Positions 24,575 to 32,852 of a stretch of 64,000 nt of DNA are shown here, in pieces (position 1 is the first letter of the stretch; each line of letters opens with the position of its first letter). The position numbers and the translations under genes were made by a program. The notes below the pieces were generated by a model. That model saw nothing but the letters and a program-made list of their open reading frames with translations, did not search any database and was not told where the DNA came from. This DNA is from Thermoanaerobaculia bacterium (GTDB lineage: Bacteria; Acidobacteriota; Thermoanaerobaculia; UBA5066), in the NCBI GenBank assembly GCA_963719225.1, contig CAVRAY010000001.1, positions 2,464,001 through 2,528,000 on the forward strand. The letters run 5' to 3'.

Positions 24575-26984
24575 GCTCCGGGACCGCGGGCAGGCGCGGG
24601 GCGATTCTCGCCGTGGACGACAACCCGGAGAAGCTCTTCGCTCTTCGCGCGGTCCTCTCCGACCTCGGCGAGGAGATCGTCGAGGCGCGTTCCGGGAGAG
24701 AGGCTCTTCGCCACCTCCTGGGGCGCGAGTTCTCGGTGATCCTCCTGGACGTCAACATGCCGGGAATGGACGGCTTCGAGACCGCGGCCCTGATTCGACA
24801 ACGGAAGATCTCGGAGCACACGCCGATCATCTTCGTAACGGCCTTCAGCGACGACACGCACGTGGCGCGTGGCTACTCCCTCGGCGCCGTCGACTACATC
24901 ATTGCGCCCGTCGTGCCGGAAGTCCTCAAGTCGAAAGTCGGGGTGTTCATCGACCTCTTCCGCCAGGCCGCCCAGATCCGTGCCCAGGCCGAATCCCTGA
25001 GAGCCCGCGCGGAACAACTTCATCGCCTGACCCGCGCTTCTCTCGCCATCAACGCCGCCCTCTCCCTGGACGCGATGCTGCGCGTCGTCGCCGAGCGCGC
25101 GCGCGAGCTCCTCGGGGCGCGCGAAGCCGTCGCGATCGCGCTCGCCGACGACGCCGGTCTCACCACGCGTGCCTTCGCCGCGACGCGGGAAGGCACCGAA
25201 GAGCTGTCCGCCGCGGCGTGCGACGCGTGGTACGGCGCCGTCCAGAGGCCTCCCGGCTCCTCCGCCATCATCGCGGATGCCGATCGCAGGAAGCTGTCGA
25301 CGCCCCTGACGCGACGCGACGGCTCCGATCTCGGCTGGATCCACGTGGTCGATGCGCCGACGGAGACGTTCACAGCGGACGACGAGGCTCTCCTCGTCCC
25401 GCTGTCTCAGATGGCGGCGATCGCGATCGAGAACGCTCTCTCGAGCGACCTGCGCGAAGCCAACCGCCTCAAGGACGAGTTCCTGACGACCCTCTCGCAC
25501 GAGCTCAGGACGCCGCTTTCCGCCGTGCTCGGATGGGCGCGCCTCCTGCGCGGCTCGGCCGGCGACCCGGCCCGCGTCGACCACGGCCTCGAGGTGATCG
25601 AGCGAAACGCCCTCTCGCAGGCCAGGATGGTGGAGGATCTCCTCGACATCTCCCGGATCGCGCTCGGGAAGCTGCGCTTCGCGCGGAGAACGATCGAGCT
25701 GGTTCCGCTCCTCCACACCGCCGTCGAGGCCATGCGGCCGGCCGCTCTCGCCAAGCGACTCTCGCTTCGCTTCCGGGCGGACCCGGAGCTCGGCTCCCTC
25801 GGCACGGTCTCCGGAGATCCGGAGCGCCTCCAGCAGGTGTTCCGCAACCTGCTCTCGAACGCGTTGAAGTTCACGGGTCAGGGCGGGCACGTCGACGTCT
25901 CGTTGACCCGGGAGGGAGATGACTTCCTCGTCGCCATCCGGGACGACGGCATCGGGATCAGCCCGGCTTTCCTCGGGCTCGTCTTCGAGCGTTTCCGGCA
26001 GGCGGACGCATCGAGCTCCCGCTGGCACAGCGGGCTCGGCATCGGGCTCTCGATCGTGCGGCACATCATGGACGCTCACGGGGGAAGCGTCGCCGCGGAC
26101 AGCGCGGGGCCCGGCCACGGCGCGACCTTCACCGTGAGGCTTCCCGCGGCCCTGCCTGCGGAGACCTCGGGGGAAGTCGAAACCGCCGCCGAATCGAGTC
26201 TCTTGAGCCTCGCCGGGATGCGGATCCTTCTCGTCGACGACGACCTGGACGGCCGGGAGGCGATCCACGAAGCGCTGTCCTCTTACGGCGCGGAAGTCAC
26301 ATTAGCCGAATCCATGGCGGAGGCACTCTCGCGGCTCGAACCGCTCCACGACATCCTCGTCAGCGACATCGGGATGCCCGGCGGCGACGGCTACGAGCTC
26401 CTGGCCCGGATCCGCAGACGAGAGCCGGAAGGCGGCGGCGCGATTCCCGCCATCGCGTTGACGGCGTACGCGCGACCCGTCGATCGGCGCAGGGCTCTGG
26501 AGGCCGGCTTCAACGCCCATGTCGCGAAGCCGGTCGATCCGGCATCCCTCGTCGCGACGGTGCTCGGACTCACGCGCCGGTCTCCGGATTCCGCGATCCC
26601 GGCGGAGGCGCCGGCCAGGACCTCTTCCCGGAGGATCCTCGTGGTGGACGACGACCCGGACAATCTCGAGGGAATCCGCCTCCTGCTCGAAATGAGCGGG
26701 TACGTCGTGGACATCGCGGAAACCGGCCGCGAAGCGATCGAGAAGGCGCGCCGCAACGGCGCCGACGTCGCGCTTCTCGACTGGCGGCTGCCGGACATGT
26801 CGGGACACGAGGTCGCCGAGGTGCTCCGCCGCGAGCGAGCGCCGCTCCCGATCCTCCTCGTCGCCATCTCCGGACTCTCTCCCTCGAGGCCGAAGCGGGA
26901 GCTTCCTCCTTCGACGCGTGGCTCTCCAAGCCTTTCGACGTCAGCCGGCTGAGCGCGCTCCTGGAGTCCCGGGCGAGGGCCTGA
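24559..26984 (+). CDS. Hybrid histidine kinase (REC-GAF-HisKA-HATPase-REC-REC), frameshift near 26880 in the last receiver
   Basis: [30 protein letters not shown]; the receiver end [14 protein letters not shown] lies in another frame that stops at 26984, while the uncorrected frame stops at 26952. Confidence 0.88.
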
Positions 26985-26999
26985 CCTTTTCCCGACCGC

Positions 27000-27317
27000 T
27001 CACCGCTTCTCGACCTGCAGCTCGTTGTTGACCCTCACGACGCCCTCGACCGAGCGCGCGATCTCGCCCGCGTCGATGCGGTCCTTCTCGGTCTTCACCT
27101 GACCCGCGAGCGTCACGATGCCGTTCGTCGAGTTGACCTCGATGTTCGTCAGCGTCGAGAACCGAACGTCTTTCGCGAGCTTCGCCTTCACGGCGACCTT
27201 GATTCCCGCGTCGTCCACCTGCTTCCCGGCGGACTGTGTCGTGCGGCATCCGCCCGTCGCGGCGGCTCCGCTGACCGAGAGAGCGAGGATGAGCGCGACC
27301 CCTTGAAGATTCTTCAT
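27000..27317 (-). CDS. BON (OsmY-like) domain lipoprotein
   Basis: Signal peptide ending in Cys; DDAGIKVAVKAKL, NGIVTLAG, VEGVVRVNNEL. Confidence 0.9.
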   Translation of the reverse strand: MKNLQGVALILALSVSGAAATGGCRTTQSAGKQVDDAGIKVAVKAKLAKDVRFSTLTNIEVNSTNGIVTLAGQVKTEKDRIDAGEIARSVEGVVRVNNELQVEKR

Positions 27318-27344
27318 CGAAAGTTTTCCTCCTGACTTCGTCGG

Positions 27345-27360
27345 AGCAACTCCGATGCCC
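27345..27360 (-). promoter_or_regulatory. Sigma-54 promoter (BON gene)
   Basis: GGGCAT-CGGAG-TTGCT. Confidence 0.65.
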
Positions 27361-27399
27361 ATGGCACGGCACCGCCGATGTCAAACCGGGCCGGGTGCC

Positions 27400-27609
27400 T
27401 CAGGACGAAGACCGCTTGGAGCGCGAGGACGAGCGCTTGGACGGGACTTTCCCGCCGGCCCGCCGGGCTTCCGACAGCCCGATGGCGATCGCCTGCTTCC
27501 GACTCTTCACCTTCCTGCCCGACGCTCCCGACTTCAGCTCGCCCCGCTTCATCTCGTGCATGGCGCGTTCGACCTTCTGCGAAGCCTTTTTCCCGTACTT
27601 GGTGGCCAT
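27400..27609 (-). CDS. Small basic protein, DUF6496-like
   Basis: KVERAMHEMKRGELKSG...KSRKQAIAIGLSEARR; GAGGAGG RBS. Confidence 0.85.
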   Translation of the reverse strand: MATKYGKKASQKVERAMHEMKRGELKSGASGRKVKSRKQAIAIGLSEARRAGGKVPSKRSSSRSKRSSS

Positions 27610-27658
27610 GGTTCCTCCTCGAGGTTTTTTCATCCGCATCGAGCGGAGACCCTGGAGG

Positions 27659-27674
27659 TGCACGAGTCGTGCCG
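27659..27674 (-). promoter_or_regulatory. Sigma-54 promoter (DUF6496-like gene)
   Basis: CGGCAC-GACTC-GTGCA. Confidence 0.65.
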
Positions 27675-27720
27675 GAGGAGAGGGTATGCTTTCCCCGACA
27701 CGACGAGTGAGTCGGGACTA

Positions 27721-28833
27721 ATGGCAGAAGCTGAGGCGGCTCTTCCGGAACGCGAGGACGAAGACGGCATCCGTCTGCTTGCCGCGATCGTGGAGTCCAG
27801 CGAGGACGCGATCATCGCCAAGGACCTTCGGGGCCGTATCGTCGAATGGAATCGTTCGGCCGAGCGGCTCTTCGGATACCCGCGGGAAGAGGTGCTCGGC
27901 CGTTCGATCGAGATCCTGATGCCGCCGGACAGGGCGGACGATTGGCGGCAGATCCTGGCGCGCGTCATCGCCGGGGAGCGCGTGGAGCACTTCGAAACGC
28001 GCCGCCGGACGCGCGACGGCCGGATCCTCGACGTGTCTCTCACGGTCTCTCCGGTGCGCGACGAGGAGGGCCGGATCGTGGGCGCCGCGAAGATCGTCCG
28101 CGACATCACGGCCGAACGGGCGGCGTGGCAGGAGAGCGAGAAGACGCGGGAGCTGCTGCTCGGAACGCTCAGCCACGACCTGAGGACGCCTCTCAACACG
28201 ATCAACGTGTCCGTACACACCTTGAAGCGGCATGCCGCCGAGGCGGATCAGAAAGTGCTCTCGCGGATCTCGAAGAGTACGGAGCGCATGTCGCGCATGA
28301 TCGACCAGCTCCTGGACTTCACGCAGAGCCGTCTCGGCGGCGGGATCCCGATACACCCGCAGAGCATCGACCTCGCCGCCGTCTGCCGAAGCGTCGCGGA
28401 CGAGTTCGAGGCTCTTCATCCCGGACGGGTGCGCTTCTCGACGGAGGGGGACTTGAGGGGCACCTGGGACGGCGACCGGCTCGCCCAGGTCCTTTCGAAC
28501 CTGCTGTCGAACGCCTTCAAGTACGGCGATCCGGGCGCGCCCGTCGCGTTCCGGGGCCGCTGCGTCGACGCCGGCGTCGTCGTCCACGTGACGAATCAAG
28601 GGCCGGAGATCCCGGCCACTCTTCGGGACGTGATCTTCGATCCGTTCCAGCGCGGTCCGGCCGAACAGCATCGCGGAACCAAGGGGATCGGGCTGGGCCT
28701 CTACATCGCGGAGCAGATCGTGCGCGCGCACCACGGCGACATCACGGTGCGCTCCGCAGCTGCCGGAGGCACGACGTTTGCCGTGAGACTGCCGCGTTCA
28801 ATCGAAGGAGCTTCGACCGACTCCTTTCCCTGA
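27721..28833 (+). CDS. PAS domain sensor histidine kinase
   Basis: LAAIVESSEDAII..WN..AERLFGY, SHDLRTPL, NLLSNAFKY, GLGLYI. Confidence 0.92.
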   Translation: MAEAEAALPEREDEDGIRLLAAIVESSEDAIIAKDLRGRIVEWNRSAERLFGYPREEVLGRSIEILMPPDRADDWRQILARVIAGERVEHFETRRRTRDGRILDVSLTVSPVRDEEGRIVGAAKIVRDITAERAAWQESEKTRELLLGTLSHDLRTPLNTINVSVHTLKRHAAEADQKVLSRISKSTERMSRMIDQLLDFTQSRLGGGIPIHPQSIDLAAVCRSVADEFEALHPGRVRFSTEGDLRGTWDGDRLAQVLSNLLSNAFKYGDPGAPVAFRGRCVDAGVVVHVTNQGPEIPATLRDVIFDPFQRGPAEQHRGTKGIGLGLYIAEQIVRAHHGDITVRSAAAGGTTFAVRLPRSIEGASTDSFP

Positions 28834-28956
28834 ACGGAACGCCCTCGCCGTTACGACATCGCCCACTCAGACGCATCGCGAGGATCGACTTTCCGCATCC
28901 TGCCGCGCCGCAGACCCGCGTGGGACGCCCCCGTGGCAGGCCCGCCCGCGGTCGGA

Positions 28957-29457
28957 TTATTTTCCGTGCACGCGGGTCCACGAGTCGCGCGTGGCGTCCC
29001 GGACCTCGTCCCACTCGTAGCGGCTGTTTCCGCGAGCGGTCGGCCACGTGCGCTCGAGCTCGGACTCCACGTCCTCGAACCTCTGCTCGGCCTTCGCGTC
29101 CGCGGCCCGCTCCCATCCGTGCCGGTAAGCCGGCTCGAGATCCTCGAACTTCCGGTCCCTGCGATAGTACGGGCGGGTGGCGTACGCCGATCTCCAGTAG
29201 GCGACCTCGACTGTCGGATCCAGCGCCTCTCCGGCGGCGTGACCGGCTGCTCCGCCCGCCATCGCTCCGGCGACGCCTCCGACCACCGCTCCGACCGGCC
29301 CCCCGACCGCGGCGCCGACCGCGGCGCCCGCGGCTGCCCCGCCGGCGGACCCCAATCCGGTGCCGACGGGGTGGGAGCCTGGTTCGCCGGTAATCGGATC
29401 CCGGTTGGGGTTGGACTCGACAATGGTTTCGGACATCTCCTCAGTCCTTTTCATCAT
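28957..29457 (-). CDS. Glycine-zipper-containing small protein
   Basis: NRDPITGEPGSHPVGTG followed by a GAAAGAAVGAAVGGPVG zipper; GGAG RBS before ATG 29457. Confidence 0.85.
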   Translation of the reverse strand: MMKRTEEMSETIVESNPNRDPITGEPGSHPVGTGLGSAGGAAAGAAVGAAVGGPVGAVVGGVAGAMAGGAAGHAAGEALDPTVEVAYWRSAYATRPYYRRDRKFEDLEPAYRHGWERAADAKAEQRFEDVESELERTWPTARGNSRYEWDEVRDATRDSWTRVHGK

Positions 29458-29500
29458 CTGTTCTCCATTTATCTCTTCCTCGAGGTTTCGTAATCGAGCT

Positions 29501-29839
29501 CTAGCGCCGGCTCGCGAGGTACCCCACGAGGAGTCCCGCGGCGAACGCCCCGACCGCGACGACGGCGGTGTTGTCGTCGGCGTACACGGAGACGCGTTCA
29601 GCCGTTTGAGACATCCGCCGCTTTCCGCGCTCCAGGTAGTCCCTGGCGACTTCGCGTCCGGAACCGGCCGCATCTTCGGCCGCTCCGCGTACCTCGTCAC
29701 CCAGATCCCTGGCGGCGTCCTTGCCCCGGCTCACCGCCTCGTCGAAGTCACTCTTGAGCTCTCTCCCGATCCTCTGTGCGTCCTTCGCGGCCTTTCGCGC
29801 AGCGTCCTGGGAAGTCGAAGAATCGAGAATAGTTTCCAT
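29501..29839 (-). CDS. ElaB/YqjD (DUF883)-like tail-anchored protein, copy 1
   Basis: Helical charged body with C-terminal TM (AVVAVGAFAAGLLVGYLASRR); GGAGG RBS. Confidence 0.8.
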   Translation of the reverse strand: METILDSSTSQDAARKAAKDAQRIGRELKSDFDEAVSRGKDAARDLGDEVRGAAEDAAGSGREVARDYLERGKRRMSQTAERVSVYADDNTAVVAVGAFAAGLLVGYLASRR

Positions 29840-29862
29840 AGGAACCTCCGGAGACACGGCAG

Positions 29863-29878
29863 CGCAACACGTGTGCCA
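29863..29878 (-). promoter_or_regulatory. Sigma-54 promoter (ElaB-like copy 1 and glycine-zipper gene)
   Basis: TGGCAC-ACGTG-TTGCG, near-consensus. Confidence 0.8.
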
Positions 29879-29890
29879 GAGATCCAGGCC

Positions 29891-30322
29891 TTACCAGCGG
29901 CGACGAATCGCGCGGGGAGGCAGGTGGCGGTCGACGGCCGCCAGAAGCGCGTCGAAGTTGACGGGCTTCTTGAAAAAACCGGCGTCGGTTTCGCACGGCG
30001 GGGCGTCGGAATCGGAGGCCACGCCCGACATGATGGCGATCGGGATCCTGGGAAGCTCCGGCATCCGTTCCAGAGCGGATACGAAATCCCAGCCGTTCAT
30101 CGTCGGCATGTTGAGGTCGAGAAGGATCACGCCCGGCCAGACTTCCTTGCCGAGGAGGAAAAGTGCCTCGGCCCCGTTCGACGCTCCCATCGCGCTCCGA
30201 CCCTCGAGCCGGAAGAACCCGATGAGCCCCTCGCGCAAGGTGGCATCGTCGTCGACGACCAGGACGTCGGGGCTCAAGGCCCGTTGGACAGATCGGCGTC
30301 CCATGGCCGCTGTGCTTCTCAT
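29891..30322 (-). CDS. Single-domain response regulator
   Basis: VLVVDDD, LLDLNMPTMNG, KKPV; GGAG RBS before ATG 30322. Confidence 0.85.
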   Translation of the reverse strand: MRSTAAMGRRSVQRALSPDVLVVDDDATLREGLIGFFRLEGRSAMGASNGAEALFLLGKEVWPGVILLDLNMPTMNGWDFVSALERMPELPRIPIAIMSGVASDSDAPPCETDAGFFKKPVNFDALLAAVDRHLPPRAIRRRW

Positions 30323-30377
30323 GTTGTCTCCCGGGCCCCGCTTCGGCTCCATCTGCGGCTTGCCCCGCCCGCCGCGC

Positions 30378-30393
30378 CGCAAGTTGCGGGCCA
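30378..30393 (-). promoter_or_regulatory. Sigma-54 promoter (response regulator)
   Basis: TGGCCC-GCAAC-TTGCG. Confidence 0.7.
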
Positions 30394-30446
30394 TGGAAGG
30401 AATGACTCAACGGCGAAAGAACGTGGCGAACTCACCGTGCCGCGCT

Positions 30447-30462
30447 CGGCACGGGAGTTGCG
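30447..30462 (+). promoter_or_regulatory. Sigma-54 promoter (hemerythrin-like gene)
   Basis: CGGCAC-GGGAG-TTGCG; overlaps the inverted repeat ccgtgccg-N4-cggcacgg. Confidence 0.7.
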
Positions 30463-30512
30463 GATAGCGTCTGCGCGTTCGGCACCAAGGAAAGAAATGC
30501 CAGGAGGGCCAT

Positions 30513-31154
30513 ATGAATCTCACCGAGATGTTCAAGGGAAAAGACGACACGAGCGGAAGCGCTCCACGAAAGGCGACGGACCTGCTGAAAGAGGATCACC
30601 AGAAGGTCAAGGGTCTCTTCAAGGAGTTCCGTGGACTCGAGGAGGACGAGGACCAGGAGAAAGGCCGCCTTTTCGAGGAAATCCGCAGGGAGCTGACGAT
30701 TCACGCGAAGGTCGAGGAGGAAATCTTCTATCCCGCCGTCAAGAAGATTCCCGAAGCCGAGGCCAGGCGTCTCGTGCTCGAAGCCGGCGAGGAGCACGCG
30801 ATCGTGAAGACGCTTCTCGGACAGCTGGAAAGTCTCGATCCCGGCGACGAGGTCTTCGACGCGAAGATGAAGGTCCTGATGGAGGGCGTCGAGCACCACG
30901 CGGACGAGGAAGAATCCGACATGTTCCCCGAGGCCCGGAAGGGTCTCGACGATGACGAGCTCCTCGAGCTCGGCAGGCGGATCGAATCGCGGAAGAACGC
31001 GCTCCTCGGGAGCGAGACACGCCCGGCACGCGAGTCCCGGCGTTCCGCGGCCTCGGCTCCGAGGCGTCCGAACCCCGCTCGCCCCGCGGTGAAGGCCGCG
31101 TCCGCGAGAAAGAGCTCCGCGGGCAGCGCGCGCCGGCGGTCTCGTAAAAGCTGA
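30513..31154 (+). CDS. Hemerythrin/HHE cation-binding domain protein with basic C-terminal tail
   Basis: LLKEDH, HAKVEEEIFYP, EEH, HHADEEE motifs. Confidence 0.9.
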   Translation: MNLTEMFKGKDDTSGSAPRKATDLLKEDHQKVKGLFKEFRGLEEDEDQEKGRLFEEIRRELTIHAKVEEEIFYPAVKKIPEAEARRLVLEAGEEHAIVKTLLGQLESLDPGDEVFDAKMKVLMEGVEHHADEEESDMFPEARKGLDDDELLELGRRIESRKNALLGSETRPARESRRSAASAPRRPNPARPAVKAASARKSSAGSARRRSRKS

Positions 31155-31218
31155 CATGAGCCCGTTCCACGATCTCGGCCCGCGTTCTGATCCGAGCTGA
31201 TCGGGCCAAGCTGATCGC

Positions 31219-31263
31219 AGCCTCGCGCGCCTTCCCGCCGGCCGGGAGCGCGCGAGGCTTTTT
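31219..31263 (+). terminator. Rho-independent terminator after the hemerythrin-like gene
   Basis: Stem agcctcgcgcgc/gcgcgcgaggct followed by a T run. Confidence 0.75.
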
Positions 31264-31282
31264 CATTCGAACGGAGACTTCT

Positions 31283-32395
31283 TCAGCCAGACGGAGACTT
31301 TGCGTGGACGAGCTCGGGCTCGCGGACCGGGGGGCGCGAGATCTCCTGGGCGGGCGCCGGCCGCCGGATTCCGGACGGAGGATGCGGGAGCCGAACGGGA
31401 TGCCCCGTTTCCGCCGAGCGGGCGATGGCCTGGATGATGCGTACGTCGGCCAGGCCTTCGGTGCCCGAGGGTTCAGGATCGCGACCATTCAGGACGCAGT
31501 CGGCGAAGTAGACGATCTCGGGGCCGAACTGGTCGCGCTTCGGGAACTTCTTCTTCGTCGTCTTGTCCCCGATGCGGAGCCGATGCGAGATCCCTTCGGC
31601 GTACTCGTAGGCGGGCTCCACTTCCAGCGAGCCCTTCGTCCCGACGACCGTGTAGATGGCCTTGTCGGCCGCGCCGAAGCTGGACGTGAAGCTGGCGAGC
31701 CTCTCGTCGGGGAATCGCAGGACCGCGCTCGTCATCTCGTCGACCTCGCGGAAGCGCGCGTCGCCGCCGTTCGCGCGGAAGGCCACGACTTCGAGGGGCT
31801 CGCTCCGGAAGAGCGCCCTTGCCGCGTTGATGCAGTAGATGCCGATGTCGTAGAGCGTGCCCCCGCCGGCTTTTGCCTGGAGCCGGATGTTCTCCGGGTC
31901 CCGAACCTGCATCGTGAAGATCGAAGAGAAGATCCGCGGATCCCCGAGCTCTCCCGAACGCACGAGGCGCGCGGCCTCGAGGTTCCCCTCCTCGAAGTGG
32001 AGCCGGTACGCGACCATTAACCGAACGTGCGCCGCCTCGGCGGCATCGATCATCGCCCTGCAATCCTCCTCGGTCACGGCCATCGGCTTCTCGCACAGGA
32101 CGTGAACCCCGTGCCGGGCGGCCGCGACGGCGTAATCGCGGTGAAGGTGATTCGGCAGCGCGATGTAGACGGCATCCACCTGCCCGCTCGTGAGCAGGCT
32201 TTCGTATTCCTCGTAGGGCAGGAGCAGCGAGGCCCCGTATTTCCGGCCCAGCTTCCGCAGCTTTTTCGGATCGTCCGACACGAGGGCCGTCAGGACAGAG
32301 TTTTGAGCGTGGCGGAATCCGGGCAGAACCGCGATCTGCGCGATATAGCCGAGGCCCACGACGGCCCATCGGACCTTTCCGTCTTCGGTGGTCAT
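31283..32395 (-). CDS. Gfo/Idh/MocA family oxidoreductase (glucose-fructose oxidoreductase-like)
   Basis: WAVVGLGYIA, YIALPNHLH, CEKPMA, AYRLHF, DIGIYCINA. Confidence 0.92.
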   Translation of the reverse strand: MTTEDGKVRWAVVGLGYIAQIAVLPGFRHAQNSVLTALVSDDPKKLRKLGRKYGASLLLPYEEYESLLTSGQVDAVYIALPNHLHRDYAVAAARHGVHVLCEKPMAVTEEDCRAMIDAAEAAHVRLMVAYRLHFEEGNLEAARLVRSGELGDPRIFSSIFTMQVRDPENIRLQAKAGGGTLYDIGIYCINAARALFRSEPLEVVAFRANGGDARFREVDEMTSAVLRFPDERLASFTSSFGAADKAIYTVVGTKGSLEVEPAYEYAEGISHRLRIGDKTTKKKFPKRDQFGPEIVYFADCVLNGRDPEPSGTEGLADVRIIQAIARSAETGHPVRLPHPPSGIRRPAPAQEISRPPVREPELVHAKSPSG

Positions 32396-32462
32396 TTTTT
32401 CACTCCCAGGCAGGTTGCGGAATCGTTCCGGATCAGGGCGCGAGGAACTCGCGACCAACGCG

Positions 32463-32798
32463 CTAGCGCCTCCTCGCGAAATGCCCCACGAGAAGGCCAG
32501 CGGCGAACGCGCCGACGGCGACGACGGCCGTGTTGTCATCCGCGTACGCGCTGACGCGCTCGCTGGCATGGGACAGGCGCCGCTTTCCGCGCTTCAGGTA
32601 ATCCTGCGCGATGTCCCGTCCCGACGCCGCCGCTTCCTCGGCCGCGCCACGGACTTTCTGACCCAGATCCTTCGCGACATCCTTGCTCCGATCCACGGCG
32701 CGATCGAAATCGCTCCTGAACTCACTGCCGATCTTCTGCGCTTCCCTCGCGGCCTTTCGGGCGTCCTGAACAGTCGGGGAATTGAGAATTCCTTCCAT
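32463..32798 (-). CDS. ElaB/YqjD (DUF883)-like tail-anchored protein, copy 2
   Basis: Paralog of 29501-29839; both share YADDNTAVVAVGAFAAGLLVG. Confidence 0.8.
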   Translation of the reverse strand: MEGILNSPTVQDARKAAREAQKIGSEFRSDFDRAVDRSKDVAKDLGQKVRGAAEEAAASGRDIAQDYLKRGKRRLSHASERVSAYADDNTAVVAVGAFAAGLLVGHFARRR

Positions 32799-32820
32799 GG
32801 CGGACCTCCGGCGGAGACAC

Positions 32821-32836
32821 CGCAAGATGCGGGCCA
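32821..32836 (-). promoter_or_regulatory. Sigma-54 promoter (ElaB-like copy 2 and gfo)
   Basis: TGGCCC-GCATC-TTGCG. Confidence 0.72.
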
Positions 32837-32852
32837 TTTCCGCCGACAGACG

